A DNA stretch of 39,836 nt from Octopus bimaculoides (lineage: Eukaryota), in NCBI RefSeq assembly GCF_001194135.2, contig NC_068983.1, positions 127,206,494-127,246,329 on the forward strand, written 5' to 3'. The notes beneath the pieces were generated by a model that ran no database searches, was not told the origin of the DNA, and worked only from the letters and a program-made list of their open reading frames with translations. Of the stretch, positions 1-10,027 are shown piece by piece. A program made the position numbers and the translations under genes. Every line of letters begins with the position of its first letter. Position 1 is the first letter of the stretch.

Positions 1-600
1 GAATAAATTGTCTCTAAATTAGTCAAGAATGAAAATTAATCTTACATATAATTTTAGCAGATTTTTTTACTACAATTACATAAAAATACCTTCAAATACT
101 TTAGAAAATTTGTTCAACAAAATCGCCATTGGCTTCAACCACGATCTGCAGACGACATCAAAATCTCCTCTGGACGGCAAACTTTTTTATGTTGGTGAAT
201 GCTGCCATAATCCGTACTTTCAGCTCATCTTTGGTGTTCCATAGAATTTTGTTGATCCCTCGATCGACTGGGCCGCACAAATAATAATCAAGAGGATTTC
301 AGTCTGTGGAGTCAGGTGGCCACATGTTGCGTGTGATGCGGTCGTAGAAATTGTCTCATAGGCATGACTTGATTCTCTTGCTTTTGTTGCATGGTGCACA
401 ATCCTGTTATCAGACATAGAATCTTTCAGCAGTCATCTTCTTCACCCAGAGCAGCACTATCTCCTCCAGGCACTTGATATAATCCTCCGGGATGAGTTTG
501 AGGCCGTATAAAAAGACTAATGGAAGCATAACGTCGGTTTCAATTATGATCACTCGAAACACCATGACGTTGACAGACTGTTTGATTTTTGTCTCCTCCT
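1..600 (-). mobile_element. Tc1/mariner DD37D (maT-like) transposase remnant, C-terminal catalytic region plus 3' end running off the window
   Basis: Manual minus-strand translation in one frame from ~600 to ~190 gives TKIKQSVNVMVFRVIIIETDVMLPLVFLYGLKLIPEDYIKCLEEIVLLWVKKMTAERFYV**QDCAPCNKSKRIKSCL*DNFYDRITRNMWPPDSTD*NPLDYYLCGPVDRGINKILWNTKDELKVRIMAAFTN. This matches the QQD..AP.H and WPP.SPD.NPLDY motifs. The second D (401-403) and third D (287-289) are 37 codons apart. In-frame stops indicate a dead copy. Confidence 0.9.
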
Positions 601-754
601 ATGCGATTTTATCACTTCCGGTGTGAATGTCAAGCAGTATAGCATATCGTTTCCAAATCTCTGAGAGATTGAACTTCAATATGGTGCTGTCTTTCTCACA
701 GACGGTGGCCAACTTCCCTACAATACTATGTAGTCGACAAAATCGAAAATGCAC

Positions 755-778
755 AATGTTCATGCACAGCCTTACATA
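755..778. repeat. (TA)n microsatellite
   Basis: Direct reading. Confidence 0.9.
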
Positions 779-880
779 CATATATATATATATATATTAC
801 CAAAAACTGGTACATATTATATTGGAGACAGATAAACAATACCAGTGTCATTGTAGATTAATGTGTACTAACGTATAAGT

Positions 881-1087
881 GTGGGGAGTTAACAGAATCG
901 GTAGTACGTGGGGTAAAATGTTTAGAGGCATTTCCTCCATCTTTATGTTCTGAGTTCAAATCCCGTCGAAGTCAGCTTTGCATTTCATCCTTTCGGGGTC
1001 AACAAAATAAATATCCGCTGTACACTGGGGTTGATGTAATTGTGTTAACCTCTGTACCAAATTTGCTGGCCTTGTGCCAAAAGTTGA
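881..1087 (+). mobile_element. tRNA-derived SINE, diverged copy of the family at 28484
   Basis: B-box-like GAGTTCAAATCCC, then tttcatcctttcggggtc..aaaataa and a ggccttgtgccaaaa tail, collinear with 28484-28700. Confidence 0.8.
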
Positions 1088-1517
1088 CCAAGCAAGCGAA
1101 TTCCCAGCATCATTTCAGAAAAGAATTCTTTTCACGTGTGTAAACTTATAGAATTCTTCTAAATTTTTGATCCGTATTCCTTTCCTTCCAGACAATATAT
1201 CGAGGCCTTAACGTTTTGTCTGATTGACACGATTTATTCAATTTTCTCGATATGATTTCACGCATAATAAGGATCTTATGTTATGGAATGTTATCCTCTC
1301 TCACGTCGAAATTAAGTACTCCTAGTATTTACATCGATTCATACCAACATATATAAACGCAAAAATAATTCACAAATATATTCAATATAGTTCTACAAAT
1401 TTACAATAAGCAGGTAGCTTGTAACATCGATGTGCAATGGATATTTCCGAAGCTGCTATGTAGTGGGAGCAGTCCAGCGGATAGAGTTTATGTATTTTGT
1501 AGATATTTTTTTAAATA

Positions 1518-1724
1518 GTGGCAGCGAGGCGATTGTATCGATAGATCGTCAGGACAATTCCTTGCCGCCTTTCGTTCATCTCTTTTTTTGAGTGGCAGTC
1601 CTTCCGAGGTCAAATATGTATTCCATATGTCCGCGAAAGATGAAGTACCAATTAAATACTTTGACGGATTGTATCAACTTCTTTAGTTACCTTCAAAATT
1701 GGTGGTTTGCGCTAAAATTAGAGA
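1518..1724 (+). mobile_element. Highly diverged SINE copy, same family as 881 and 28484
   Basis: Collinear residual motifs gtggcagcgag.., gaggtcaa, aagtacca, caaaattggtggtttgcgctaaaattaga. Confidence 0.5.
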
Positions 1725-1827
1725 GATATTAAATGACGTATACCAAGCAATTTCGCAGACGCAGCGATCTAGATTTCCCTATAATATAAGCATGCTAATG
1801 TCTGAAAAATATTAGACACTCAAATAT

Positions 1828-2082
1828 AGCATTCCGACGATTACGACGGAGCTTTTCAGGTGAATCGTAAAATTGATGTACAAGTGATTGAGTACTTTAC
1901 AGACTCGCATACGTTAACGTCCCCTTTAACTATAGGTGCTTCTCATTTTTGCCAGTTAAGTGGTGTGGAGCAACGTGATATAAAATATCTTGTTCAAGAA
2001 TACAATGTACCACTGCGCATCGAACTCATGCCTTTTCGATCATGAGTCGAATACTCTAACCACTAAGAGACACGCCTTCACT
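1828..2082 (-). mobile_element. tRNA-derived SINE of a second family, reverse orientation
   Basis: Reverse complement of a tRNA-like head (ctaaccactaag, gaactc) plus a body similar to the plus-strand copy at 27735-28035 (gttaac/cttaac, caagtg, acgacgg). Confidence 0.65.
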
Positions 2083-2689
2083 AAACACTAAATTATATGT
2101 TTGCACTCATCCACCCTCGTTTTTAATATTTATTTTGTAGTTTTACATTCGGTTGTCTGTGTCGTTTATTTTGCCGTCATTGTATCTGCCGTTGATGCTG
2201 TTCTTTTTCCACTTGTCCTTTTAGTCTTAGTTATCTGAATTGTGTTGATAGTAAAATGTTATGCTTCAAACTGATTCACATATGGTTACTCATAACAACA
2301 ACATTTAAAGTTGCTTTGGCGTTGCTGGTAATACTTGTTCTAAAACGATGTAGTGGTTTAGGGATTTTTGTAAATTGGAGCAAGGAAGATTAAAGTCAAA
2401 TTTGTTGAAAGAACTCTCACAACAAAGTAAATAGTTTATAACTACCGTTATCTCTCTGTCTGAATTTACTTGAGTGTTTCGAGAAAATATTGGAATGAAT
2501 ATCAGGCATGGCTACATAATACTAGCGAATCTATCTGGCAGTTGAAGTGAACTGCAGAATTATTAGTGAAATTGCTATTGCGATGATATCAATCGCATAT
2601 AGCTGTGTATAAAAGCATAATGCTCCTTCCAAGTCATATATAACCCCATCGCCAGTTTCTCGGATTCCAGGTGGTATATATTCCTGCTT

Positions 2690-2830
2690 GGACGGGACAG
2701 CGGTATTTCACACCATTACTTGTTTTGTCTTTAGTTAAGTGGACTTGGGTGACTCAAAATAATGTGTTCAGCACAAGAATCGAAATCTATTATCACGATT
2801 CCAACAAGCTAACAATTGAGTCATGCACCT
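2690..2830 (-). mobile_element. Diverged SINE head fragment
   Basis: agaatcgaaatc...ctaacaattgagtcatgcacct resembles the reverse complement of the SINE head at 14672. Confidence 0.4.
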
Positions 2831-3231
2831 TATAGCTCCGTTTAAGACCCACACACACAGCCCAAATACACACACACAGATCAGACACACCCACACACCC
2901 ACAGCATACATACACCCATAAATAAATTCTCTCTATTTAAAGGGAGAATTTCACGATTCTGCCTTTAAATTTCTCTGAATTATGATCTGCTAGGTTTGAT
3001 TCAGAGAGGCCAAATTTTTCTAACGTTTCTTTGATTTCATTACTGGTTGCAAATATTTTGTGAACTAGATCTGCCAAACTTTTAAAGTAATTGCGAGCAC
3101 TCAGAAACAGCTGTATAGAATTGTAACTCCATACCATCTACGCTCCTGTACTTTGATCTATGTTATTTGAGTAAGTTTTCTCTATTAATATCTAAAAGTG
3201 TATAACTATATATTTATACCTATATTTATAC

Positions 3232-3234
<3 letters not shown>

Positions 3235-3273
<39 letters not shown>
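3235..3273. repeat. (TA)n microsatellite running into an assembly gap
   Basis: Direct reading. Confidence 0.9.
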
Positions 3274-3636
3274 NNNNNNNNNNNNNNNNNNNNNNNNNNN
3301 NNNNNNNNNNNNNNNNNNNNNNNNNNNNNNNNNNNNNNNNNNNNNNNNNNNNNNNNNNNNNNNNNNNNNNNNNNNNNNNNNNNNNNNNNNNNNNNNNNNN
3401 NNNNNNNNNNNNNNNNNNNNNNNNNNNNNNNNNNNNNNNNNNNNNNNNNNNNNNNNNNNNNNNNNNNNNNNNNNNNNNNNNNNNNNNNNNNNNNNNNNNN
3501 NNNNNNNNNNNNNNNNNNNNNNNNNNNNNNNNNNNNNNNNNNNNNNNNNNNNNNNNNNNNNNNNNNNNNNNNNNNNNNNNNNNNNNNNNNNNNNNNNNNN
3601 NNNNNNNNNNNNNNNNNNNNNNNNNNNNNNNNNNNN
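3274..3636. other. Assembly gap (N). Other gaps: 11447-12051, 12622-13446, 18339-18703, 19544-19918, 26551-26560, 29253-29406, 33359-33502, 35659-35925, 39192-39299
   Basis: Runs of N, most bordered on at least one side by a microsatellite or other repeat. Confidence 0.99.
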
Positions 3637-3791
3637 TATATACTTATACATATGCTAGCTGGTGTAGTGGGGGTACAGATGTTCTATTGAAATGCCTTAT
3701 TACTCTGATATGAGAAAGCAATTTCCTTATAACTGTCACAAAATGTGTACATGTGTACATTCCGTCACGAAAAATTAAAAAAAAAAATGTC

Positions 3792-3899
3792 GGCTGGAGG
3801 AGGGAGAGATTGTTGGAGGTTGGAGAGAGAGGTTTCCGGAGTTTGGCGAGATAGATTGTCGGATGTTGGTGAGAGGGGTTGCCGGAGGTTGGCGAGAGG
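3792..3899 (+). repeat. Degenerate 23-bp G-rich minisatellite, about 4.5 units
   Basis: Units ggttggagagagaggtttccgga (3818-3840), gtttggcgagatagattgtcgga (3841-3863), tgttggtgagaggggttgccgga (3864-3886) and partial ggttggcgagagg. Confidence 0.8.
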
Positions 3900-4546
3900 C
3901 AAAGACATTATTCTTCTTAGCGAAGGCATCTGGGATATGTATAACTGCTGTCATTCAGAGAAAAACTGTTGTTTTGCGGTGAGAAAAGTGCTGTGGAATT
4001 ATTAAGTGAAATTTTGCAATCGACGATGGAATCCATGCTGTGCCAACGTGAAACCATTACAAATACGTTGTGGGATAAAAATAATTATCTACTGTCATGG
4101 AAAAAGTGTACTTGTAAAAATGCAGAATTATGGAAGTAATGATCATTCAAAAAAAAAAATTTTTGTATAGAAATGTATGAATGACGTATTTAATGTTTAA
4201 GACTCAAATTAAGGAAGTGCAATGATAATGCTTAGCAGTTCAAAACTCTGAGTGGAGAAATTCAGAATTAGGTCGGCTGATTGTGAGAATCAAATATTGA
4301 TCGTTTCTCTAAAATCTGCAGGTGGTGTGAGTTATTTCCCTGGGGTGTTTAAAAAAAATAGTTATATGCGGTACATATAAAGGTCCCTTCCAGGGCCGTA
4401 TTGTCCAATTTTACAACAATCTAAGTATGTCCCGCGATTTCCAGACATGAGTTCTACTCACGTCCAGTTTCATCAAAATCAATAAAATGATGTAGGAATT
4501 ATCTAACAACGCCACAAACAAACACACATCGATTTTCCACATGTGT

Positions 4547-4604
<58 letters not shown>

Positions 4605-4835
4605 TGTTCATGTACGTATTTGTGTGTGTGCGTGTGTTTGTCCCCCTAACATCGCTTGTCAACCGATGTTGGTGTGGTTACGTCCATGTAATATAGCGGT
4701 TCGTCAAAGAGAGAGATAGAATATGTACGAGGCTTATAAAGAATACGCCCTGGGGTCGAATTGTTCGATTAACGGCGGTGCTCCTGCATGGCCGAAGTCA
4801 TATACTGAAAAAAGCAAAAGAATAAAAGAATAAAA
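4547..4835 (+). mobile_element. 3' half of a SINE with an internal (TA)/(GT) microsatellite; same family as 38940
   Basis: ccccctaacatcgcttgtcaaccgatgttggtgtg...tagcggttcg matches 39087-39150; ends in the (aaaagaat)n tail. Confidence 0.8.
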
Positions 4836-5034
4836 ATATATATAAATATAAATATTTGTGTATAGCATTATTGATTTCTATAAAGAGACGCTCTCACTCT
4901 CATCTGTTAGCAAAAACACACACATATAAGCACATATACAAACATACAGAAACACAGACTCTCTCTCTCTCTCTCTCACTGTCTTTATATGTATGTGTGC
5001 ACGAGCTCGCACGTGCGCGCGCGTGTATGTATAA

Positions 5035-5180
5035 CTAGGTTTGTATTGGAGGGGTATAGTCAATTGCATCAAACCCAGGGCTAAAATGGTTGTTATATTA
5101 TCGACCCCGAAATGATGAATCGCAAAATTTGTCTCCAGCGGAACATGATCTTAAAACGTAAAGATGAACGAAATGCTGCT
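5035..5180 (-). mobile_element. SINE copy, reverse orientation, family of 28484
   Basis: ttatcgaccccgaaatgatgaa is the reverse complement of the ttcatcctttcggggtcgataa-type motif; aaaacgtaaagatgaacgaaatgc matches the reversed head. Confidence 0.7.
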
Positions 5181-7129
5181 ATTATGTTGTAATATAGATA
5201 GATGTTTATAGTGGTTTTGAACCTAATAATAATAGTCGCACTTTGTATATGATCTTAAAATCTACTCGTCTAAATTCATAGGAAAATATGAAAATATTCA
5301 GCAGCAAACAATTTGAAAGCAAATCGTTTAAAAGGAAATCAAGCGAAATAGAAAAGATATAACCGTAATATGCAAAATCTAAACAAAATAAATCAAACAA
5401 ATTAAAGCTAAAACAAAATAAACATGAAAATATCAGCGAAAAAATCGACACCAATATAAAAGAAATCATGAAACGTAGGATAAGATAAGCTGTAGAAGAG
5501 GTTAATATGACTGAAAAGATTAACGCTAAATAAATAAAACAATATTGGACGGCTGCAGGCAATAAAGCAAGAACTTATATATTGGCAATATTCATACAAG
5601 AAAGCCTATTATAATGAACAGCATTTATCAACCTTTGAATCGATGAAGAAGCATAAATCATCGCAATTGATCATAGGGCTCATGGAAACTAACATGTCAA
5701 AACGGAGAAGAAATATAGTATTAAGTTGCAATACAAAACCGCTGAACACGCAACTTTTGCATTATAGATGGTATATTGAACAGGTACTTGCAATCGTTTC
5801 TTTTTAACTTTTTGTTTCTGCTTCATTTAACTCAAGTTTAAATATCAACGATAAATGATACAAGGCTCAAAAACTGGGCAGATTATCTATTTTCTCAATG
5901 TGGAAAATAGCGAAATCAAACCCACTTCCAACAAAGAAGAAATACGTTTCCCATATTGTAAAATTCATAGTATCAACATTAAAATCGTTTGAGAGTAAAC
6001 CACAAATGAGGACTATAAAGTTCAACAGAATGAACACAAAGTACAAGCACATTAAATGTAAACTACAAAAACACTAAACTTACAGTTTAAATGCAATAAA
6101 TCTGGGCCATAAACGCTGTAACAATAAACTGCAAGCATACTAAACCATAAACTACAAGCGCATAAACCATAAAACATAATTGAGTTCACCATAAATGACA
6201 AATTCAGAGACCAGAAACCTGAAAGACTCTGATCTGAAATTACAAGCACACTCACCAGTAACTACTAACCCATTAGCCATAAACAACAAACCAGCCATGA
6301 ACAAACTTACCGTGAACTATAAGCACACGAATGCTAAAACTCGAACGTATCAATCGTAATTCTCGAACACATTAAGCAATTGCCATAAATATAATAACCA
6401 TAAATCAGAAACACATTAATCATAAACTAGAAACAATCAAATCATAAACAACAAATACACGAATCAATAACTACAAACTCTAAGCATGTATTATAAATAT
6501 AATCAGCCAATTGCGTGAACACTGACAATAAACACCAACAAAACTGAGTTCAGAAAAAGAACTGGGTGTGGGGATTGTAAGCCTATGAGCAATTCCTGGC
6601 AAAAGTGAGTAAAATTCAGTGTGAAAGCCAACGGAAATTCGCCTAAATTGCAGTCGTTCTAATATATTCTGTAAGGAATCCTGGTAACTGGTCCTTAGTG
6701 CAGGCAATTCTGTATATGACCCTGCCAACTTTTGGGGAATTTCTTCAGAGCAAGAGATAAACGTCGAACCTCATTCAATTTACATCCACACGCGTTAGAA
6801 AGGAAAATATGTAATAATGTTGTTTTGTTGTGCCTGGCGAGGATCATTAGACCAACAATAATAAACCTACGCACTTTTTCACTATCACATCTATATCGTT
6901 AGCCAGTCAGTTACATATGTAATCAACTACTTAATTGATCGTTTGTTTAATGTACTGGTTAAACAATCAATAGTTTGTTTGTTTGCTTGTTTAAAGTTAT
7001 TTTGTCGCTATTCGCGACCTCAACAATAGCATGTCATTTCCATTCAAGTTCTATCTATCTACAGCGTGTCGGAGAATTAGCCTTTTGCTTGCGTATTTGT
7101 AAGCTTGTACGCGTGTGTGTAGGTGTACC

Positions 7130-7935
7130 GTCTACTCCAAGAGAAGGGAAAGGTAAGTGTAAATGTAGAGTATGTGTGTACGCGTAAGCGTGTGCGTGTG
7201 TGAATGTGTACGTGTGGGTGAGTGTGCGCACGTGCGTATAAACATGTGTTGTTATGCCGGTACACTCAGGTGGCTGCGTGTATGTGTGTTTTTGTATTTG
7301 TGAGTGTGTATGCATTAGACATCCGTAACCTCTTTAAGACTTCATCCTTTTATTCAAAGCCATTTTTGTCCTAGATCTTCTGGGATTGATTGTCTTCCCG
7401 GAAAGTTTTAAACGCGTGTGTGTATGTGTGTGTGTGTGTATGTGTGTGTGTGTGTGTGCGTGTGTGCGTGCGTGTGTGTGTGAGTGTGTGTTTGAGCATG
7501 AAAGCGTGTGGCCTAGTGTATATGTTTGAAAGCCTGAGTCGGTTCTGTGAGAGACTGCATGTTTGAATGTGCAAGCGACTGTGCAGGTGTTTACTTATGT
7601 GGGTGCATTCCAATGTGTGTGTGTGCACATATGTGTGCACATATAACGGATTTTTTTTAACAGGTAAGCGCCCCTGTGTGCCTATGTGAGCTTGGATGTG
7701 TGAGTGTGATCTAGTGTGTTCCTGTGTTGCTGCATGTATGTGTTGATGCGATCGCGTGCATGCACGTGCGCGGGTATGCCTGGATGTGTACGGCTGTGTT
7801 GGAATTGTTCGTAATTAAATGTATTTCTACACATTTTCTTACTTTCTGCTGCCCTTCTAACCCTACCACATTTATATTTACTTGTACCTATATGAGTGTA
7901 GGTGTGGGCGCTCGTCGGTGTGTAAGGTAGCGTAT
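7130..7935. repeat. Long degenerate (GT)/(GTGC)/(GTAT) low-complexity tract
   Basis: Direct reading; it explains the His/Thr- and Cys/Val-rich pseudo-ORFs. Confidence 0.85.
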
Positions 7936-8019
7936 TGGAATTGATCATAATGTTCTAATACATTTACAGAAACAACAGCTCTTTAATAAGCAAGCGAAAA
8001 TATGGGGTAGAATAGTTGC

Positions 8020-8500
8020 ACTTTTAAAATAGGAATATTGCCTAGAGAGTTGTTGAGTCTCCAATTTCGCTTTATACGCAGCATATCAATATCAAGAATT
8101 TATTAGAGCAATAAGCCTCCTTCACTCATTATACAGGTTTAACGTGTGATGTATTATTTTATATAGACACGTAGTTTGAACTTAACCGACGAGAAAAAAA
8201 TTTAATTAGATATCGAGGTCTGGAGCCCTGAATTATGTGGTTTCTCCGGATGATTAACATATCCATAATATAGGTTCATAATATGGAGAATGTAAAATCG
8301 TTAAAATAAAATATGCAAAGGATGGAACAACTAAAAATATGGCCTGCATCTTTATATGAGTATTTGGAGCATCGAAGTATGATATAAAAATGGATATTGA
8401 AAATTGGAGAAGTAAATATTCCCTATACTACTTTTGTAATATAAGATACTTATTCATAAAAAAAAAATCATCAGTGAAATAACCCAATAAATGACATATG
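8020..8500 (+). mobile_element. Possible very old R4/Dong-type LINE reverse-transcriptase remnant
   Basis: Across frameshifts, ordered fragments GILPRELLS (cf. GIFQGDSLS), LFYID (cf. LYMDD), YGECKIVKIK (cf. FGLDKC) and YEYL (cf. YKYLG). Similarity is weak. Confidence 0.3.
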
Positions 8501-8739
8501 CATCTCTAAAGAGACAGCACAAAAAGTAACGAACAATCGTTGGGTTTTATATAGCACTAACAAAATGAAAGGTAAACCAAGGCAATTTCAATAAGAAGCA
8601 ACATGAACATAATAATATAATATTTCTTATATATGCAAACGACATCCTCATTACTACAATAAAGGGTACAGAAACCGATGTTGTGAGTACTGGCGAGTGA
8701 GTACAATTTACATCCAGAAATATCCAAAAATACATGTCA

Positions 8740-9195
8740 CAGTATAAGAAATCGACTGTAAAAGAAGAAGGACATAATAGAGAGTTTGAAAGGAAAGAAT
8801 TTGCCCAATTCATGCAAGCAACTGCGGATGTTGGTCCAATGCATAGCATTTATGAACAAGCATGCCTAAATAACAGAAAGCGAGCACTTCTGCAGCAAGC
8901 TAACACGAGATCGCGTAAAAAATCCACTTGAACTGATGTTATACCCCAAAAAATATAGCCCAGACCTAGCTCTCTCGGATTCTTAATTGTTCCAATCCAT
9001 GGTTCACTTACTGTGGAAGATTTAGTAAAGGAGTTGTTATTTTACATGAAGTGCATGCACCGATACCAGCCTCAGATCAAAGAACTGGAAGAAAGGTGGT
9101 TTCAGACAGTCTCTACTTTGAATGCGTGGATGTGTTTGTTGTAACTTGAAAAATAGAACAAAAAATTTAACAAAACGCTTGAATCATTATAGTGT
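8740..9195 (+). mobile_element. mariner-family transposase remnant (C-terminal region)
   Basis: NRKRALLQQANTR (cf. LLQQDNARPH) followed after a frameshift by YSPDLALSDS*LFQSMVHF at 8954 (mariner YSPDLAPSDY motif) and IKELEERWFQTV. Ends at TA plus (CATA)n. Confidence 0.8.
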
Positions 9196-9272
9196 ATACA
9201 CATACATACATACATACATACATACATACATACATACCTACATACATACATACATACATATATACATACATA
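9195..9272. repeat. (CATA)n microsatellite
   Basis: Direct reading. Confidence 0.95.
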
Positions 9273-9421
9273 TAAATGGATGCGTGTATTTTTCACGGAA
9301 AAATAAATAAACAGTTAACAGGGCGCAAAAAATCGCACAAGTAATAAGGACATAACGACCTGTTTGTAAAGGAAGAAACTTCGAGTTGATGTGAAATATT
9401 TTGTATGATATATATGAATAA

Positions 9422-9900
9422 ATAAATGGAGTTAAACGCAGGTGTTTTTCAAATTCTTTTACTTCGACTTGTTTCGGGGACAACGTTGGTATTATTCTAA
9501 AAAGAATAAAATGGTGTAAAACAATGTAATCTTCTCAACAGGGAAAGAAAGAAAGAAACCAAACTTATCAATACGACATTTTAACAGAATGTGATGAATG
9601 TGTACAATGATGAACGGAAGGCTATTAAGTTTTAAAAAAGCCGTTAGAAGATATAACGTCAAAGGTAGCCTATAGAAACAGAAGGGGTAAAAGAAAGAAA
9701 TAAGCAGAAAATTAATAAAGGAAATATATAGAGCGGTATGTGAATGAAAAGAAAAGCTTAAAGGGTTGTGGAAGTGAAATGTGAGAAGAAAATCAATGTT
9801 CGAATTATATAGAATGGTAGATAATAATACCAATCTTGTCTTCGAAACATATGTCGGAAGTAAAATAATTTGAATAACACCTGCGTTTAACTCCATTTAT
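9422..9900. mobile_element. About 480-bp element bounded by long inverted repeats (core ~80 bp, extending to ~125 bp), each arm carrying a damaged hammerhead-like motif; probably Penelope-like-derived
   Basis: Left ataaatggagttaaacgcaggtgtttttcaaattcttttacttcgacttgtttcggggacaacgttggtattatt versus the reverse complement of right aataataccaatcttgtcttcgaaacatatgtcggaagtaaaataatttgaataacacctgcgtttaactccatttat. The inverted repeat is seen directly; the Penelope-like assignment is inference. Confidence 0.8.
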
Positions 9901-9994
9901 ATATTTATACTTACATACATATATACATACATACATGCACACAAACGCTCACAAACACATACATATAATTATATACAAATGCTGATAGGTGAAT

Positions 9995-10027
<33 letters not shown>

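Noticed and set aside
4380-4545. Possible Helentron/DINE-like 3' end (cagtttcatcaaaatc before simple repeats)
   Set aside because: Only one short motif; no subterminal inverted repeat or hairpin could be confirmed.
5206-5599. Hydrophobic minus-strand ORFs resembling membrane or mitochondrial proteins (NUMT)
   Set aside because: No recognisable mitochondrial protein motif; explained by the A-rich opposite strand.
8600-8690. IYANDILI resembling an RT YADD motif
   Set aside because: Isolated motif with no other RT domains in register.
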